Assembly (NCBI GenBank): GCA_902800025.1
Contig: CADCDA010000003.1
Span: 13,154 to 77,153 of the forward strand
Direction: 5' to 3'
DNA from: an uncultured Erysipelotrichaceae bacterium
GTDB taxonomy: Bacteria > Bacillota_I > Bacilli_A > RFN20 > CAG-826
Length of the DNA: 64,000 nucleotides
This document shows positions 8,820 to 17,696 of this stretch, in pieces (positions within the stretch are counted from its first letter, which is position 1; each line of letters opens with the position of its first letter). Both the position numbers and the translations under genes were made by a program. The notes beneath the pieces are model-generated. The model saw only the letters and a program-made list of their open reading frames with translations. It had not been told where the DNA came from and did no database searches.

Positions 8820-10844
8820 TTACTCCTTCAAATAGAACTTGCAGCTATAGCCTTCAGCATTAAGGATTAATCCAGAAGCCCAATCAGGCAGTTTTGCCAT
8901 GCTTTTCTCCACAAATTCCGGTGATTTACCGCTGAAATCCTCAATAATAAGCTCGTCATGAACGTGCATTACTATGCGAGAATCTTTGAGAGTTCTCATG
9001 GCAAAGCAGAGAATGTCTCTAGCTGTTCCTTGAATGATGTTTTCAACGAATTTGGGACCATAGCTTTCAATCCTGGTCCACTTCTTTTGCTCGCCAATTC
9101 CTTCATAAGAAATGGATTCGTTTCCGTATTCGTTAATGATGATCTTTGGCTTAACGTATGAGAGCTTTCTACCACTTGGAAGAGTGATAAATAGCATTGA
9201 ACTTTTATAGGTGAAGATAAGATTTCCGAGCTTCTTCTCACAAGAGCATTTTGTTTTTGTTCCTTCTTCAATCACATAGCGGACAGCATCGCCAACTTCC
9301 CACCAAAATTTAGTGATGTTTTTGTTAGCATTTCGCCATGATTTAACTAGAGGAACAAGCTCTTCTTCAGTGAGGCCAGAGCCTTCATCTAAAGCACCCA
9401 TTGCAACTAGTGCTCCAGTGCTTCCACCATATCCAAGAGCAAGCTCGGCGATTTTACCCTTCTTTCTGAGTTCTCCATTAATGCCGTTTTTAACAACAGG
9501 AACGCCGAACATCTTACTTGCGGAAGAGCAATAAATATCTTCGTTATTTTTGAAAGCTTCTATTCTCCAAGTCTCACCTGCATACCAGGCAAGAACACGT
9601 GCTTCAATAGCAGAATAATCGCTTACCAAGAACTGCCCATCTCCTTCTGGGATAAAAGCTGTCCTTAATAGTTGTGATAGAATATCTGGAACATCTTCAT
9701 AGAGCATCTTGAGTGCTTCTACATCTTCTTTAAGAACCAGTTCTCTCACTACCGCTAAATCTGGAAGCTTGTTTTGTGGAAGATTATGAAGCTGAACGAT
9801 ATGGCTAGAAAAGCGGCCTGTTCTATTTGCTCCATAGAATTGGAACATTCCCCTAATTCTTCCATCACTGCAGACAGCTTCTTTCATGCGTTCATACTTC
9901 TTAATTGATGTTTTAGCGAGCATCTTTCTTAAAGCCATCGCAAGTCCAATTTCTGAATCTGCGAATTGCTTTTCTAAAGAAGTTACTGTCTTTTTGCCTA
10001 AATCTTCAGGTTCAACACCATATTTAAGTAGCCATTGTTTAAGCTGAGCGACTGAGTTTGGATTATCTAGCTCTGTGATATCTACCATAAGCTTAGAAAG
10101 CTCTTCGTGGATCACTCCATCGATTTTGATGGCTTTCTCTGCTAAAGCAGTATCTAAGTAAACGCCTCTATCATTGATTTCTTGATCGATGGCGTATTCT
10201 TCCCAGAGCCAGTCTGGAAGCGGATAGTTTTTAAGACGTTGTTGGATAGCAAGCTCCACTTCTACGTCTCTTTTGTTATAACGAAGAAATAAATCGCGTT
10301 TCTCTGGATGATTTTTAAATAAGTTTTTTGTTGCGCCACCATTACTTTTGGTTGGTTTGACTGGACTACAGAAGAATTTGATAAGATCTCGTCCTTCTTC
10401 TAACTTCTGATTCTCTAGCTTGAGAACAGCTCCGACACCTTTTAGAGATAAAGGAAGTCCGAGATAGCTCGCAGCAACCATTGTGCATCGCCAACTACGA
10501 GGATTTAAGAACTTGTTCTTAGGTAGCCCAAGATATCGAGATAAGCAGACTCTTTCAAAGGAAGCATTGTAAGCATGTTTTATACAAGAATCATCATTAA
10601 TAAGTCTTAAGATTTCAGAAGGAATAACTCCTCCTTCTTGTAAATTAACAACTTGAACTTCTCCTTCATTAAGAGAATAGCCGAAGCATAAGATTTCAAA
10701 ACTTGGATCTTCTGAATATCTATATGCCCCGGCTTTATTTAAGTTGACGTCTGAATAAGTCTCGATATCTATCGAAAGATGATTAATCAAGGAAATCTTC
10801 GGTGTCGTCAGTTGCGAAGTCTTTTTCAGCCGAGACTTTACCAC
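8820..10844 (-). CDS. family-A DNA polymerase (phage PolA-like, with 3'-5' exo domain)
   Basis: Exo I IDIETYS. Pol motif A DYSAIEARVLAW, motif B RKKGKIAELALGYGGS and motif C VHDELIIE. The start is ambiguous: GTG at 10844 or TTG at 10790. Confidence 0.85.
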   Translation of the reverse strand: MVKSRLKKTSQLTTPKISLINHLSIDIETYSDVNLNKAGAYRYSEDPSFEILCFGYSLNEGEVQVVNLQEGGVIPSEILRLINDDSCIKHAYNASFERVCLSRYLGLPKNKFLNPRSWRCTMVAASYLGLPLSLKGVGAVLKLENQKLEEGRDLIKFFCSPVKPTKSNGGATKNLFKNHPEKRDLFLRYNKRDVEVELAIQQRLKNYPLPDWLWEEYAIDQEINDRGVYLDTALAEKAIKIDGVIHEELSKLMVDITELDNPNSVAQLKQWLLKYGVEPEDLGKKTVTSLEKQFADSEIGLAMALRKMLAKTSIKKYERMKEAVCSDGRIRGMFQFYGANRTGRFSSHIVQLHNLPQNKLPDLAVVRELVLKEDVEALKMLYEDVPDILSQLLRTAFIPEGDGQFLVSDYSAIEARVLAWYAGETWRIEAFKNNEDIYCSSASKMFGVPVVKNGINGELRKKGKIAELALGYGGSTGALVAMGALDEGSGLTEEELVPLVKSWRNANKNITKFWWEVGDAVRYVIEEGTKTKCSCEKKLGNLIFTYKSSMLFITLPSGRKLSYVKPKIIINEYGNESISYEGIGEQKKWTRIESYGPKFVENIIQGTARDILCFAMRTLKDSRIVMHVHDELIIEDFSGKSPEFVEKSMAKLPDWASGLILNAEGYSCKFYLKE

Positions 10845-11346
10845 CTAAGTGGTCACCATCTGCAAGCTTGAGAACGTTATTGAGTCCAACAGCGATTCCC
10901 TTTGCACCATTTTTGTTATAGGCATAGAAGCTGATTGAGACTTTTCCGTACATTCCTGAGTAGATTTCGCTAGGATCAAGAATTGGGTTTAAAGCGGCAT
11001 CGACAATACCGACAGCACTAATGGAAGACGCATTTAAGAAATAGCTATCTTTATAGGCTGGATCGTCTGCTTTTTCAACATCTCCATCTCTTAATGGGAT
11101 ATGGATTGCTGAGAGAGCTGGTACTGTTTTGCCTGTGCCACGAAGCTTTGCTTCGCCTTCGTTATAGGCGGCTTCAATGGCTTTGTTGATCTTCTCTAAA
11201 GTGACAGTATCACTCTTAGGGATGATGATTGATGTTGAGTATTTTTCTTGACCACCCTCAACGGTAGCCTTCGCTTCTAAAATATTGCAATAAGAGAAAC
11301 GAACTTTTCCGGTAATAACCTTTGTTGGATTTACGACTTTTGTCAT
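10783..11346 (-). CDS. DUF2815-family phage protein (putative ssDNA-binding)
   Basis: N-terminal MTKVVNPTKVITGKVRFSYCNILEAKA resembles DUF2815. The PolA-DUF2815-DUF2800 arrangement is conserved in phage replication modules. Confidence 0.6.
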   Translation of the reverse strand: MTKVVNPTKVITGKVRFSYCNILEAKATVEGGQEKYSTSIIIPKSDTVTLEKINKAIEAAYNEGEAKLRGTGKTVPALSAIHIPLRDGDVEKADDPAYKDSYFLNASSISAVGIVDAALNPILDPSEIYSGMYGKVSISFYAYNKNGAKGIAVGLNNVLKLADGDHLGGKVSAEKDFATDDTEDFLD

Positions 11347-11348
11347 AA

Positions 11349-12326
11349 TTAATTTTCTCCTTCTAAATTGTTTAGTTCTTCCGCAAAGTCAGCTGCGGCA
11401 CTGTTGATTTCCTCTCTTTTATCACTGCGAGGAACGAGTGTTGGTTTGCCTTCTGGTTTAATTACATAGGGAGCCACTATCTCATTGAACTTAACTTTTC
11501 CTAATACTTTCTGGATATCGGTTAAGCTGAGAAGGGTTCTCTTGTAAGGATCAATTCCTTCGGCTTGAAGTGAAGCAACCACTGCTTCTTCATCTTTGAT
11601 GACTCTGTTAGATTTACCAGCAACGAGCTTATGGTTTTTCCAGATCTTACCCTTGATTGCTTCATTAAGGGCATAGTCTTTGATTTGATTAGCCCAGCTA
11701 ACGAGGGAGTCGATTCTGTCTAATACATCTTCAACTTCTTCATCAGTTAATAAAGGCGGTTCTTTTTGCTCATACTTTTCAAGTTCAAGAAGAGAATTCG
11801 ACTTAGCCCTACATGTGCTACGAATTCTACAAAAACGACAATTTTCACCTGGGTGGAATTCTCCCTTTCCTTCATAAGCATCAGCAGCGGCTGGTCTTAC
11901 CACTTCTTCGGCCCATTTGAGCAACTCCTCTTTAGAGATTTCACTAGTTTGGACGTTACCCATTCTTGGTTGGAAGATGCTCATCTTTACTGTCTTAAAG
12001 TCATAAAGGCAGTCAAACATTGATATTGCTCCTAAAGCGTACAATTTGGTTTGCGGATTCCCCTCACATTCCACTAAAACGTTCTTTCCGTATTTGAGAT
12101 CAATTACGTGGATCGTGTCTTTAGATAGAATTAGGGCATCTGCGGTACCAAAACTCTCAGGAACGAATTCTGATATGTCTACCTCCTGTTCGATGAATAG
12201 AACTGCATTTTTGTCATGTTTCTCGGCTTCATTAAGCTTTTCTAAGACAAATGCGACGTAGTCATCGGTATAACCATCCATTTCAGCATTGAAGTATTCG
12301 CTTTTTCTAGGATTAAGGTCTTCCAT
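11349..12326 (-). CDS. DUF2800-family PD-(D/E)xK (Cas4-like) nuclease
   Basis: C-terminal Cys cluster CRFCRIRSTC. A D...E.K-like core sits in the N-terminal half. Position matches its conserved partners. Confidence 0.6.
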   Translation of the reverse strand: MEDLNPRKSEYFNAEMDGYTDDYVAFVLEKLNEAEKHDKNAVLFIEQEVDISEFVPESFGTADALILSKDTIHVIDLKYGKNVLVECEGNPQTKLYALGAISMFDCLYDFKTVKMSIFQPRMGNVQTSEISKEELLKWAEEVVRPAAADAYEGKGEFHPGENCRFCRIRSTCRAKSNSLLELEKYEQKEPPLLTDEEVEDVLDRIDSLVSWANQIKDYALNEAIKGKIWKNHKLVAGKSNRVIKDEEAVVASLQAEGIDPYKRTLLSLTDIQKVLGKVKFNEIVAPYVIKPEGKPTLVPRSDKREEINSAAADFAEELNNLEGEN

Positions 12327-12582
12327 GTTTTCTGGCCTCCAAAGCTTTTATAAGCTTCTCTTCTGATAATGCATGAGCTACGGTGCCTTCCGCTGAAGCA
12401 GTACTATCTTGATCCTCGATAAATTCTGCTAACCTGGCGGAAGGTGTGCAAACTAGCCAAATGTGACTAGAACTTGCAGATAGAAGTGCGTGTCCTTTAG
12501 CTGCCATGTCTAATTTCAGCCGCTTCATCAAGGATCGCTTCCCATTCATCTGGATTAACTTCAGATAAGCGAGAGGCACCAT
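12313..12582 (-). CDS. hypothetical small phage protein (true start possibly internal, near 12507)
   Basis: ORF only. It overlaps the upstream ORF by 86 nt. Confidence 0.3.
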   Translation of the reverse strand: MVPLAYLKLIQMNGKRSLMKRLKLDMAAKGHALLSASSSHIWLVCTPSARLAEFIEDQDSTASAEGTVAHALSEEKLIKALEARKHGRP

Positions 12583-12799
12583 GACGTTTAAGGATTGCTT
12601 TCACTTCTTGTGTTTTCCCATCTCTACTTAGTTCAGCAAGAACAGTTCTTACTTCTTCTAAGGTGATAGGGACTAGCTCGCAGGCTTGTTCTGCCTTTGG
12701 CTCTTCCTCGCTATCAAGGGCTTCGATAAAGAGGTTTAATTCTTTAGCTAACTTGATCGCGAGCTCTTTAACGGTTGTGAAGTCTTTACTTTTTGCCAT
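12497..12799 (-). CDS. hypothetical acidic small phage protein
   Basis: 100-aa ORF in the operon context. Confidence 0.4.
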   Translation of the reverse strand: MAKSKDFTTVKELAIKLAKELNLFIEALDSEEEPKAEQACELVPITLEEVRTVLAELSRDGKTQEVKAILKRHGASRLSEVNPDEWEAILDEAAEIRHGS

Positions 12800-13082
12800 T
12801 TTTTCGGCCCTCCTTTTGAGTTGATACGGAGTTCCTAATGATTTGTTTCGCTCTTGAATCTGCTAAGACGGAGATTAGAGCAAGGGTATCCACCACTTGT
12901 TGGTCTTGCTTAGAGAGAGCTACTTTTGATTTGATCATTTTCGTTTTCTCCTTTGAGGATGCTTCTGTCCTCACTTTCCCCTTTCCGGAAAAAGGTGTTT
13001 TGTCCCAGAAAAAATTCATAAAGTTAAAAACCTCGGCATTTTTCTTGTAAAACCTGGATGATTCGTTTGACTTCTCTATCAA
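12786..13082 (-). CDS. hypothetical small phage protein
   Basis: ORF only. The start may be internal. Confidence 0.3.
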   Translation of the reverse strand: MIEKSNESSRFYKKNAEVFNFMNFFWDKTPFSGKGKVRTEASSKEKTKMIKSKVALSKQDQQVVDTLALISVLADSRAKQIIRNSVSTQKEGRKNGKK

Positions 13083-13629
13083 CTGAGCTTTTAGACATTT
13101 TTAATTCATTAGCTATATCGCGGACAGGTACGCCACGTGACCACATGTCTAAAATCGCCTGTTCCTTTTCATTTAATGAATGGATTTCAGACCACATCTT
13201 CTCTTTGCGTTCTTGATAGTAAATATCGGTAACGAAGTCCTCATCTGAAGCAGGTTCAAATTCATTTCCCTCTTCATCAGTGAGTTCTCCGAATGTTAGC
13301 GGTAATCTTTGTTGAAATTGATCATAGTCAAGCGGACTAGGATTCTTTGATAATTCTGGATCATCTGGATCATATCTAAATGGGCACTTCTCGCAGCTAT
13401 GTTCGCAAACGATAAGTTTTCCTTTTTTGCCTGGTATTAGGCATTTGGTAATTTTTTCATGATATTGTTTTTCTTTATCAATGATGTCCTTAAGCTTCAT
13501 TCCTAGCTCGTAGGAAACATAAATTTTGACACCACCGGTCATTTCAAGAGGAAGATAGTAAGTTCTATCGCTACTCTTCTTGGAGTAATCAACTCCATCA
13601 CATACTAAGTTAATTTTGATCTTTGCCAT
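13024..13629 (-). CDS. sigma-70 region-4/LuxR-type HTH regulator with Cys-rich (zinc-finger-like) centre
   Basis: C-terminal ILDMWSRGVPVRDIANELKMSKSSVDREVKRII is a sigma region 4-type HTH. A CEHSCEKC cluster sits in the centre. It is the first gene of the leftward replication operon. Confidence 0.5.
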   Translation of the reverse strand: MAKIKINLVCDGVDYSKKSSDRTYYLPLEMTGGVKIYVSYELGMKLKDIIDKEKQYHEKITKCLIPGKKGKLIVCEHSCEKCPFRYDPDDPELSKNPSPLDYDQFQQRLPLTFGELTDEEGNEFEPASDEDFVTDIYYQERKEKMWSEIHSLNEKEQAILDMWSRGVPVRDIANELKMSKSSVDREVKRIIQVLQEKCRGF

Positions 13630-13839
13630 GTTCTGGTCTCCTTTTTGTTCGGTTTGGAAACCAGTTCTGGCATCGAGGCAGCACTAAAAGAGCTAAATCG
13701 GAATTACAGGAATGGTTTCCTAGTAGTTCGCTTTCAGCTCTTAATTACTGATTGCTATGTTCGGCTCTGAATATTAAGAATTTGTCGACTAAGACAGAGC
13801 CATTTGTTTCATTTCTCTATAGAGGTTCAATTTGAAGCG

Positions 13840-13992
13840 TTACTTGAGGTTTTGTTCACTATCAAGATCCACTTCGGTTAAGAACTTTTTAATTTCTGAA
13901 ATAATGACACCTAATGTGCGTAACAACTTGATGCTGATTTCGACACCCTTTTGGGCATCGCTGCAGCCTTGAATAAGTTCGTTCTTTTTCAT
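13840..13992 (-). CDS. small 50-aa protein (MKKNELIQGCSDAQKGVEISIKLLRTLGVIISEIKKFLTEVDLDSEQNLK)
   Basis: Not in the ORF track because it is under 60 aa. Strong RBS AAGGAGG about 9 nt upstream of ATG 13992. A clean stop TAA lies at 13842..13840. Confidence 0.4.
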   Translation of the reverse strand: MKKNELIQGCSDAQKGVEISIKLLRTLGVIISEIKKFLTEVDLDSEQNLK

Positions 13993-14032
13993 GCTTCTTC
14001 GCCTCCTTTCCGTTTGCATTTGCGGCAGGGAA

Positions 14033-14094
14033 ACAAAAAAGCGCCTAACAAATACAAACTAATAGCTGTTCATCGTTAGGCGTTCCTTCTAGGC
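14033..14094 (-). terminator. terminator-like hairpin (GCGCCTAAC ... GTTAGGCGC followed by T-run on minus strand)
   Basis: Inverted repeat at 14041-14049 / 14085-14092 with a 35-nt loop. The A-run at 14035-14040 on plus gives the T-run on minus. The loop is large, so this is a weak call. Confidence 0.3.
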
Positions 14095-14430
14095 TATTGC
14101 CTATTCTACGTCTGTCATAAATAGTCCTTGTTCTGCCGAGCAGAAGTCTCTATCTGTAGCTTGTTTGTATTTGTTAAACGCTTCACTAATTGTGGATTGT
14201 CCAACAAATCGATATCATAGCTCGATTGCATTTTTTGCATTCAAGCACCGCTATTGTATAGTATTTGTCGTGTTTTTTCTAGTTTTATCGGTTTTAAGTC
14301 ATTTGAGTTTCCTCCGTTTTACCCAGACTTCGCTGAGCTTTTCTGACTACATTGTCGCCCATCGTTTTTATTAAAAATAGGGAAAACAGCACCCCTAATA
14401 ACCGATAATGGGTACCCACTTTTTTGCATT

Positions 14431-14457
14431 AAAAAAAGCCAGATAAAATCTGGCTTT
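14431..14457 (-). terminator. rho-independent terminator of the defence-like operon
   Basis: AAAGCCAGAT-aaa-ATCTGGCTTT is a perfect 10-bp stem. It is followed on the minus strand by TTTTTTT, 20 nt downstream of the stop at 14478. Confidence 0.75.
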
Positions 14458-14477
14458 ATGGCATCATTTTCACGAAC

Positions 14478-16244
14478 CTAATCTTGATAATTTTTCACGA
14501 AACCATAACGTCCGTTGTTAGGATCTTTCGTGAATTCTATTCTATTAACTCCTTCGTAATCTATGTCAGGAATATCGTTTTCGATTGCGATGATTTGCAT
14601 GTCCCTAGCGCACTCCTTCAAATAGGTGAATAAGGCTTTCTTTATTTGATCCGGAAGCTCTTCATTTCTCTTTTCTCTTAGTGACAAGATAGGAGAATCG
14701 ACTAGAAGCAATCCAGGCTTATAGTATCCTCTTTCTATCAAAACCTGCTGAAGAGCCAGTGCAAGTATCGTGTTGTAAAAACCCTTGAAGCCTTCGCCTT
14801 CATATTTCTTTTCGCTGCCGTTGATTTTAATATCAAAGTCACCATAGACGAAATCGATTTCATTTTCCCTGCCATTACATCTATCAATGCCGGCTTTCGC
14901 CTTAGTCACAAGGAAGCCAGAAAGAAGTGATTCAATGTATTCTCTAGGATTGTATTTCGTAATTTCGACCTTTATCTTCTCGACCTTCTTATGCTCTTCG
15001 ATTGCATCATTAAGGTTTTGGACGGCATTATTGTACTCAGCTTCGGAAACAACCGCGGTCTGATAGCTGTTAATCTTACTTTGAAGCTGCTTGACTAACG
15101 GCTTTAACTCATGATTGATCTCGGCATCAATAGCTTTCTTTTTGCCGACCAATTCGGAAACTTTCTCTTTTAGAGAAGCAAGCTCATCTTCGATAGCTTT
15201 TTTCGCTTCTTTCAAATCCTTTATTTGAGGTACAAGCTTCTTGAGCTCTGCTTCTGCAGCTTCTTCGCACGTCTCCTCTTCTTCTTTCTCAAGCTTGCCA
15301 TTGCAGAATGGACATCTTTGAGGCTCTTCGACATCCGAGGAATGAGCCTTTCCATCGACAATAAGCTCCATCCTTCTTAAATCCGATTCGTATTGGCTAA
15401 GGAGCGTGTTGTATTTTTCTATGAAGTTGTTAAGTTCAGCGATTCTATCGTTCAGGCCGATGATTTGGTTGGAGAGGCCTTTGCTCTCTTCGATCTTCTT
15501 GTTAAGCTCTTCATTCACTTCGTTGAGCCTTCTGATAAGCTCATCGATATCCTTTTTGAATTGCTCAGGCTCGCCAATCTTGAACCCTTCGTATGATTTC
15601 AACTTCTCAGTAAGCTTATCAACTTGCTCTTTCAGGTATTTTTCGAGCGCTTTCTTTCTGGCGGCTTTTTCAATAGGATTGCCTTCAGGATCTATGTGAT
15701 TGTCCCTGGACAAAAGGTAGATTAATGCCGATTTGAACGAAGTCGCGCTTGTGTTCTGCTCTGGGGCGAGGATACTTTCTTCTTTGCTTACATCGTTTTC
15801 TTTAATTACAAAAGTATGGGAGAACGTTCTGAAAGTTAGATTGTTCTTTTCCCAATTCTCGTTCTTAAGGATCTCCACTCTCTCGGTAAAGCCGATAAGC
15901 CTTAGCAATACATCGCTGTAGCTCATCCCATTTTCGTCTTTTTGCTTATATTCTCTGCATTCCAAACCTTGGATGTTCGTTTCTACAACCACAAGAGTCT
16001 TCTTGCCTATGGACCTAAGCAAAACAGCATATCCATCGTCGCATTCCACTCTCGCTTTGATCTCTTTTGCGTTGAAGTGCGGATTGACTTCTTTCTTTGC
16101 GCCGAAGATGAAATCGATGCAATCCAAAATGACGGACTTACCAGTATTAGATGGGCCATAAACAACGTTAAATCCATCGTCAAAGCTCACAGCAGACACT
16201 TCATCATTGTTCTGAATAAGCTGTATTTCTTTAATTCTTAACAT
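14478..16244 (-). CDS. SMC/Rad50-like ABC ATPase with central coiled coil and CxxC hook (LmuB / ABC-3C-ATPase-like)
   Basis: N-terminal MLRIKEIQLIQN...VVYGPSNTGKSVILDCIDFIFG is a Walker A. A long K/E/L-rich heptad region holds the CPFCNGK hook. The C-terminal part carries degenerate signature and Walker B sequences: EGEGFKGFYNTIL ... GLLLVDSPILSL ... IIAIEND. Confidence 0.7.
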   Translation of the reverse strand: MLRIKEIQLIQNNDEVSAVSFDDGFNVVYGPSNTGKSVILDCIDFIFGAKKEVNPHFNAKEIKARVECDDGYAVLLRSIGKKTLVVVETNIQGLECREYKQKDENGMSYSDVLLRLIGFTERVEILKNENWEKNNLTFRTFSHTFVIKENDVSKEESILAPEQNTSATSFKSALIYLLSRDNHIDPEGNPIEKAARKKALEKYLKEQVDKLTEKLKSYEGFKIGEPEQFKKDIDELIRRLNEVNEELNKKIEESKGLSNQIIGLNDRIAELNNFIEKYNTLLSQYESDLRRMELIVDGKAHSSDVEEPQRCPFCNGKLEKEEEETCEEAAEAELKKLVPQIKDLKEAKKAIEDELASLKEKVSELVGKKKAIDAEINHELKPLVKQLQSKINSYQTAVVSEAEYNNAVQNLNDAIEEHKKVEKIKVEITKYNPREYIESLLSGFLVTKAKAGIDRCNGRENEIDFVYGDFDIKINGSEKKYEGEGFKGFYNTILALALQQVLIERGYYKPGLLLVDSPILSLREKRNEELPDQIKKALFTYLKECARDMQIIAIENDIPDIDYEGVNRIEFTKDPNNGRYGFVKNYQD

Positions 16245-16686
16245 TGGTAAATCCTCCTCTTTTCACTAAGTCGGCCATGAATTTTCGAACGCTTTCATCT
16301 TTTTGAAGATCGTACTTCTCAAACGCTCCTTCTGCTGTCGACATATAATTTTCGCCGTACACATTGTCGAGCGAATCTATAAAGTTAATGCCATTATCAT
16401 TGATTTGGTACTTGAAACCATTATCTTGCGTCACATCGACAAGTCCTCTAGTAACCAATTCCTTAATCGCCATATCCACAAGTTCTTTTCTTGAGGCAAT
16501 TTCTCCAAACTTATAAGCACTATCGCCATGGAGATTGGACTCAGAAACCCCATAGTCCTTCCCATAACAGCAGATAAAGTCATAGCAGACAAATTGGTAT
16601 TTATCCATCTTGTCGAAAGGGCAATTGATGAGAAGCATCAATATCCTCAGTTGCATTTCAAATGGCGTGTTGAAAAATCTATTCAT
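16231..16686 (-). CDS. small hypothetical protein (candidate middle component / LmuC-like)
   Basis: The ATG at 16686 overlaps the upstream TAG (ATGAATAG), which indicates coupling. The 151-aa protein overlaps the ATPase start by 14 nt. No known motif. Confidence 0.5.
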   Translation of the reverse strand: MNRFFNTPFEMQLRILMLLINCPFDKMDKYQFVCYDFICCYGKDYGVSESNLHGDSAYKFGEIASRKELVDMAIKELVTRGLVDVTQDNGFKYQINDNGINFIDSLDNVYGENYMSTAEGAFEKYDLQKDESVRKFMADLVKRGGFTNVKN

Positions 16687-17695
16687 CCAGTTTCTCCTCC
16701 ACCCATTTGATTTTTTCATCATTAACTAGCATGTGGGTGATTCCTTTTCTCTCTTGGGTTTTGATCCATCCAGGGAGATGCATGAGAACGCTATTAAGAG
16801 GAATAAACGTCACCCTTTCCATTATTGCGTTCATTTTTTCTTTTCCAGAAGCATAGCTTTTGTTGCATGTGTCTTCTAGACCAGTGAAAATTTCGCTCTT
16901 TAGCTCATCGAAAAAATGATAGCCATAGGTTTCAGTGTCCCTAAGGCCAACTCTTATTGATTCGGCAGCGTAATAGTAGCCGCGTTGTTTGTTAAAATCA
17001 TCGAGACACGCGGTATCTGAAACAAGGTCGCTCTTCTTCACGAAGATAACATGTGCGGCCTCAGAGTAAACCTTTAGAAGCTCTTTGACGTAGTTTAATT
17101 CTTCGTCTTTAATATCATCTGGTGTCACGATGGCGACTGGGTGCTCCCTGCTATTGAGAATATCAATGATATCGTTCGTAGTGAGATTGTTATCGCCTAG
17201 TGATCTGTTTGCTTTTTTAGCCACAGGATTTGTTTTGTTGTCTGCGACAATCGCAAGCATGAAAACCTCTCTGAAGAAAAGCTTGTCTTCATTCCCTTTG
17301 TTGGCATTATAAAGCCCATTGACATAGCGCCTCTTTGCTATATCGATTTCTTCATCTGATTGCACCAATTCGTTTAATTCTTTGAAAATATATCGATTTT
17401 GCAGACTATTTGTCACGATTCTGTTCAAAAGCAACATTGAAATGCTTCCGTCTTTGTCGTGGCCGTTGAAGTATCTAGTCATTCCTGCCCTCAACAATGG
17501 ATAAACATCTTCGTTACCCTTATAAAGCGATCCGCACATTTTCGGAGTAAGACGGTATTGCTTATGTGATCTATCCCTGATATCCGCCTTTTTGATAGGA
17601 TCCTCCAATAAACCTTTCACCAAAAAAGTCATTTGCTTCTTTTTAGCAAATTTAGTGATTACCTTTAAAAATGATGAGAAGGTTAAGACGGCCAT
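16679..17695 (-). CDS. hypothetical 338-aa protein (candidate effector of the ATPase triad; no recognisable catalytic motif)
   Basis: The ATG at 17695 is 1 nt after the upstream TAA. No nuclease, SIR2, TIR, HEPN or Cap4 motif could be recognised by eye. Confidence 0.5.
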   Translation of the reverse strand: MAVLTFSSFLKVITKFAKKKQMTFLVKGLLEDPIKKADIRDRSHKQYRLTPKMCGSLYKGNEDVYPLLRAGMTRYFNGHDKDGSISMLLLNRIVTNSLQNRYIFKELNELVQSDEEIDIAKRRYVNGLYNANKGNEDKLFFREVFMLAIVADNKTNPVAKKANRSLGDNNLTTNDIIDILNSREHPVAIVTPDDIKDEELNYVKELLKVYSEAAHVIFVKKSDLVSDTACLDDFNKQRGYYYAAESIRVGLRDTETYGYHFFDELKSEIFTGLEDTCNKSYASGKEKMNAIMERVTFIPLNSVLMHLPGWIKTQERKGITHMLVNDEKIKWVEEKLDE

Positions 17696-17696
17696 A

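Noticed and set aside
14409-14418. GGTACCC 7-mer resembling the tRNA-Arg 3' end, as a possible att repeat separating the two modules
   Set aside because: Only 7 nt match, which is too short to call an attachment-site duplication.
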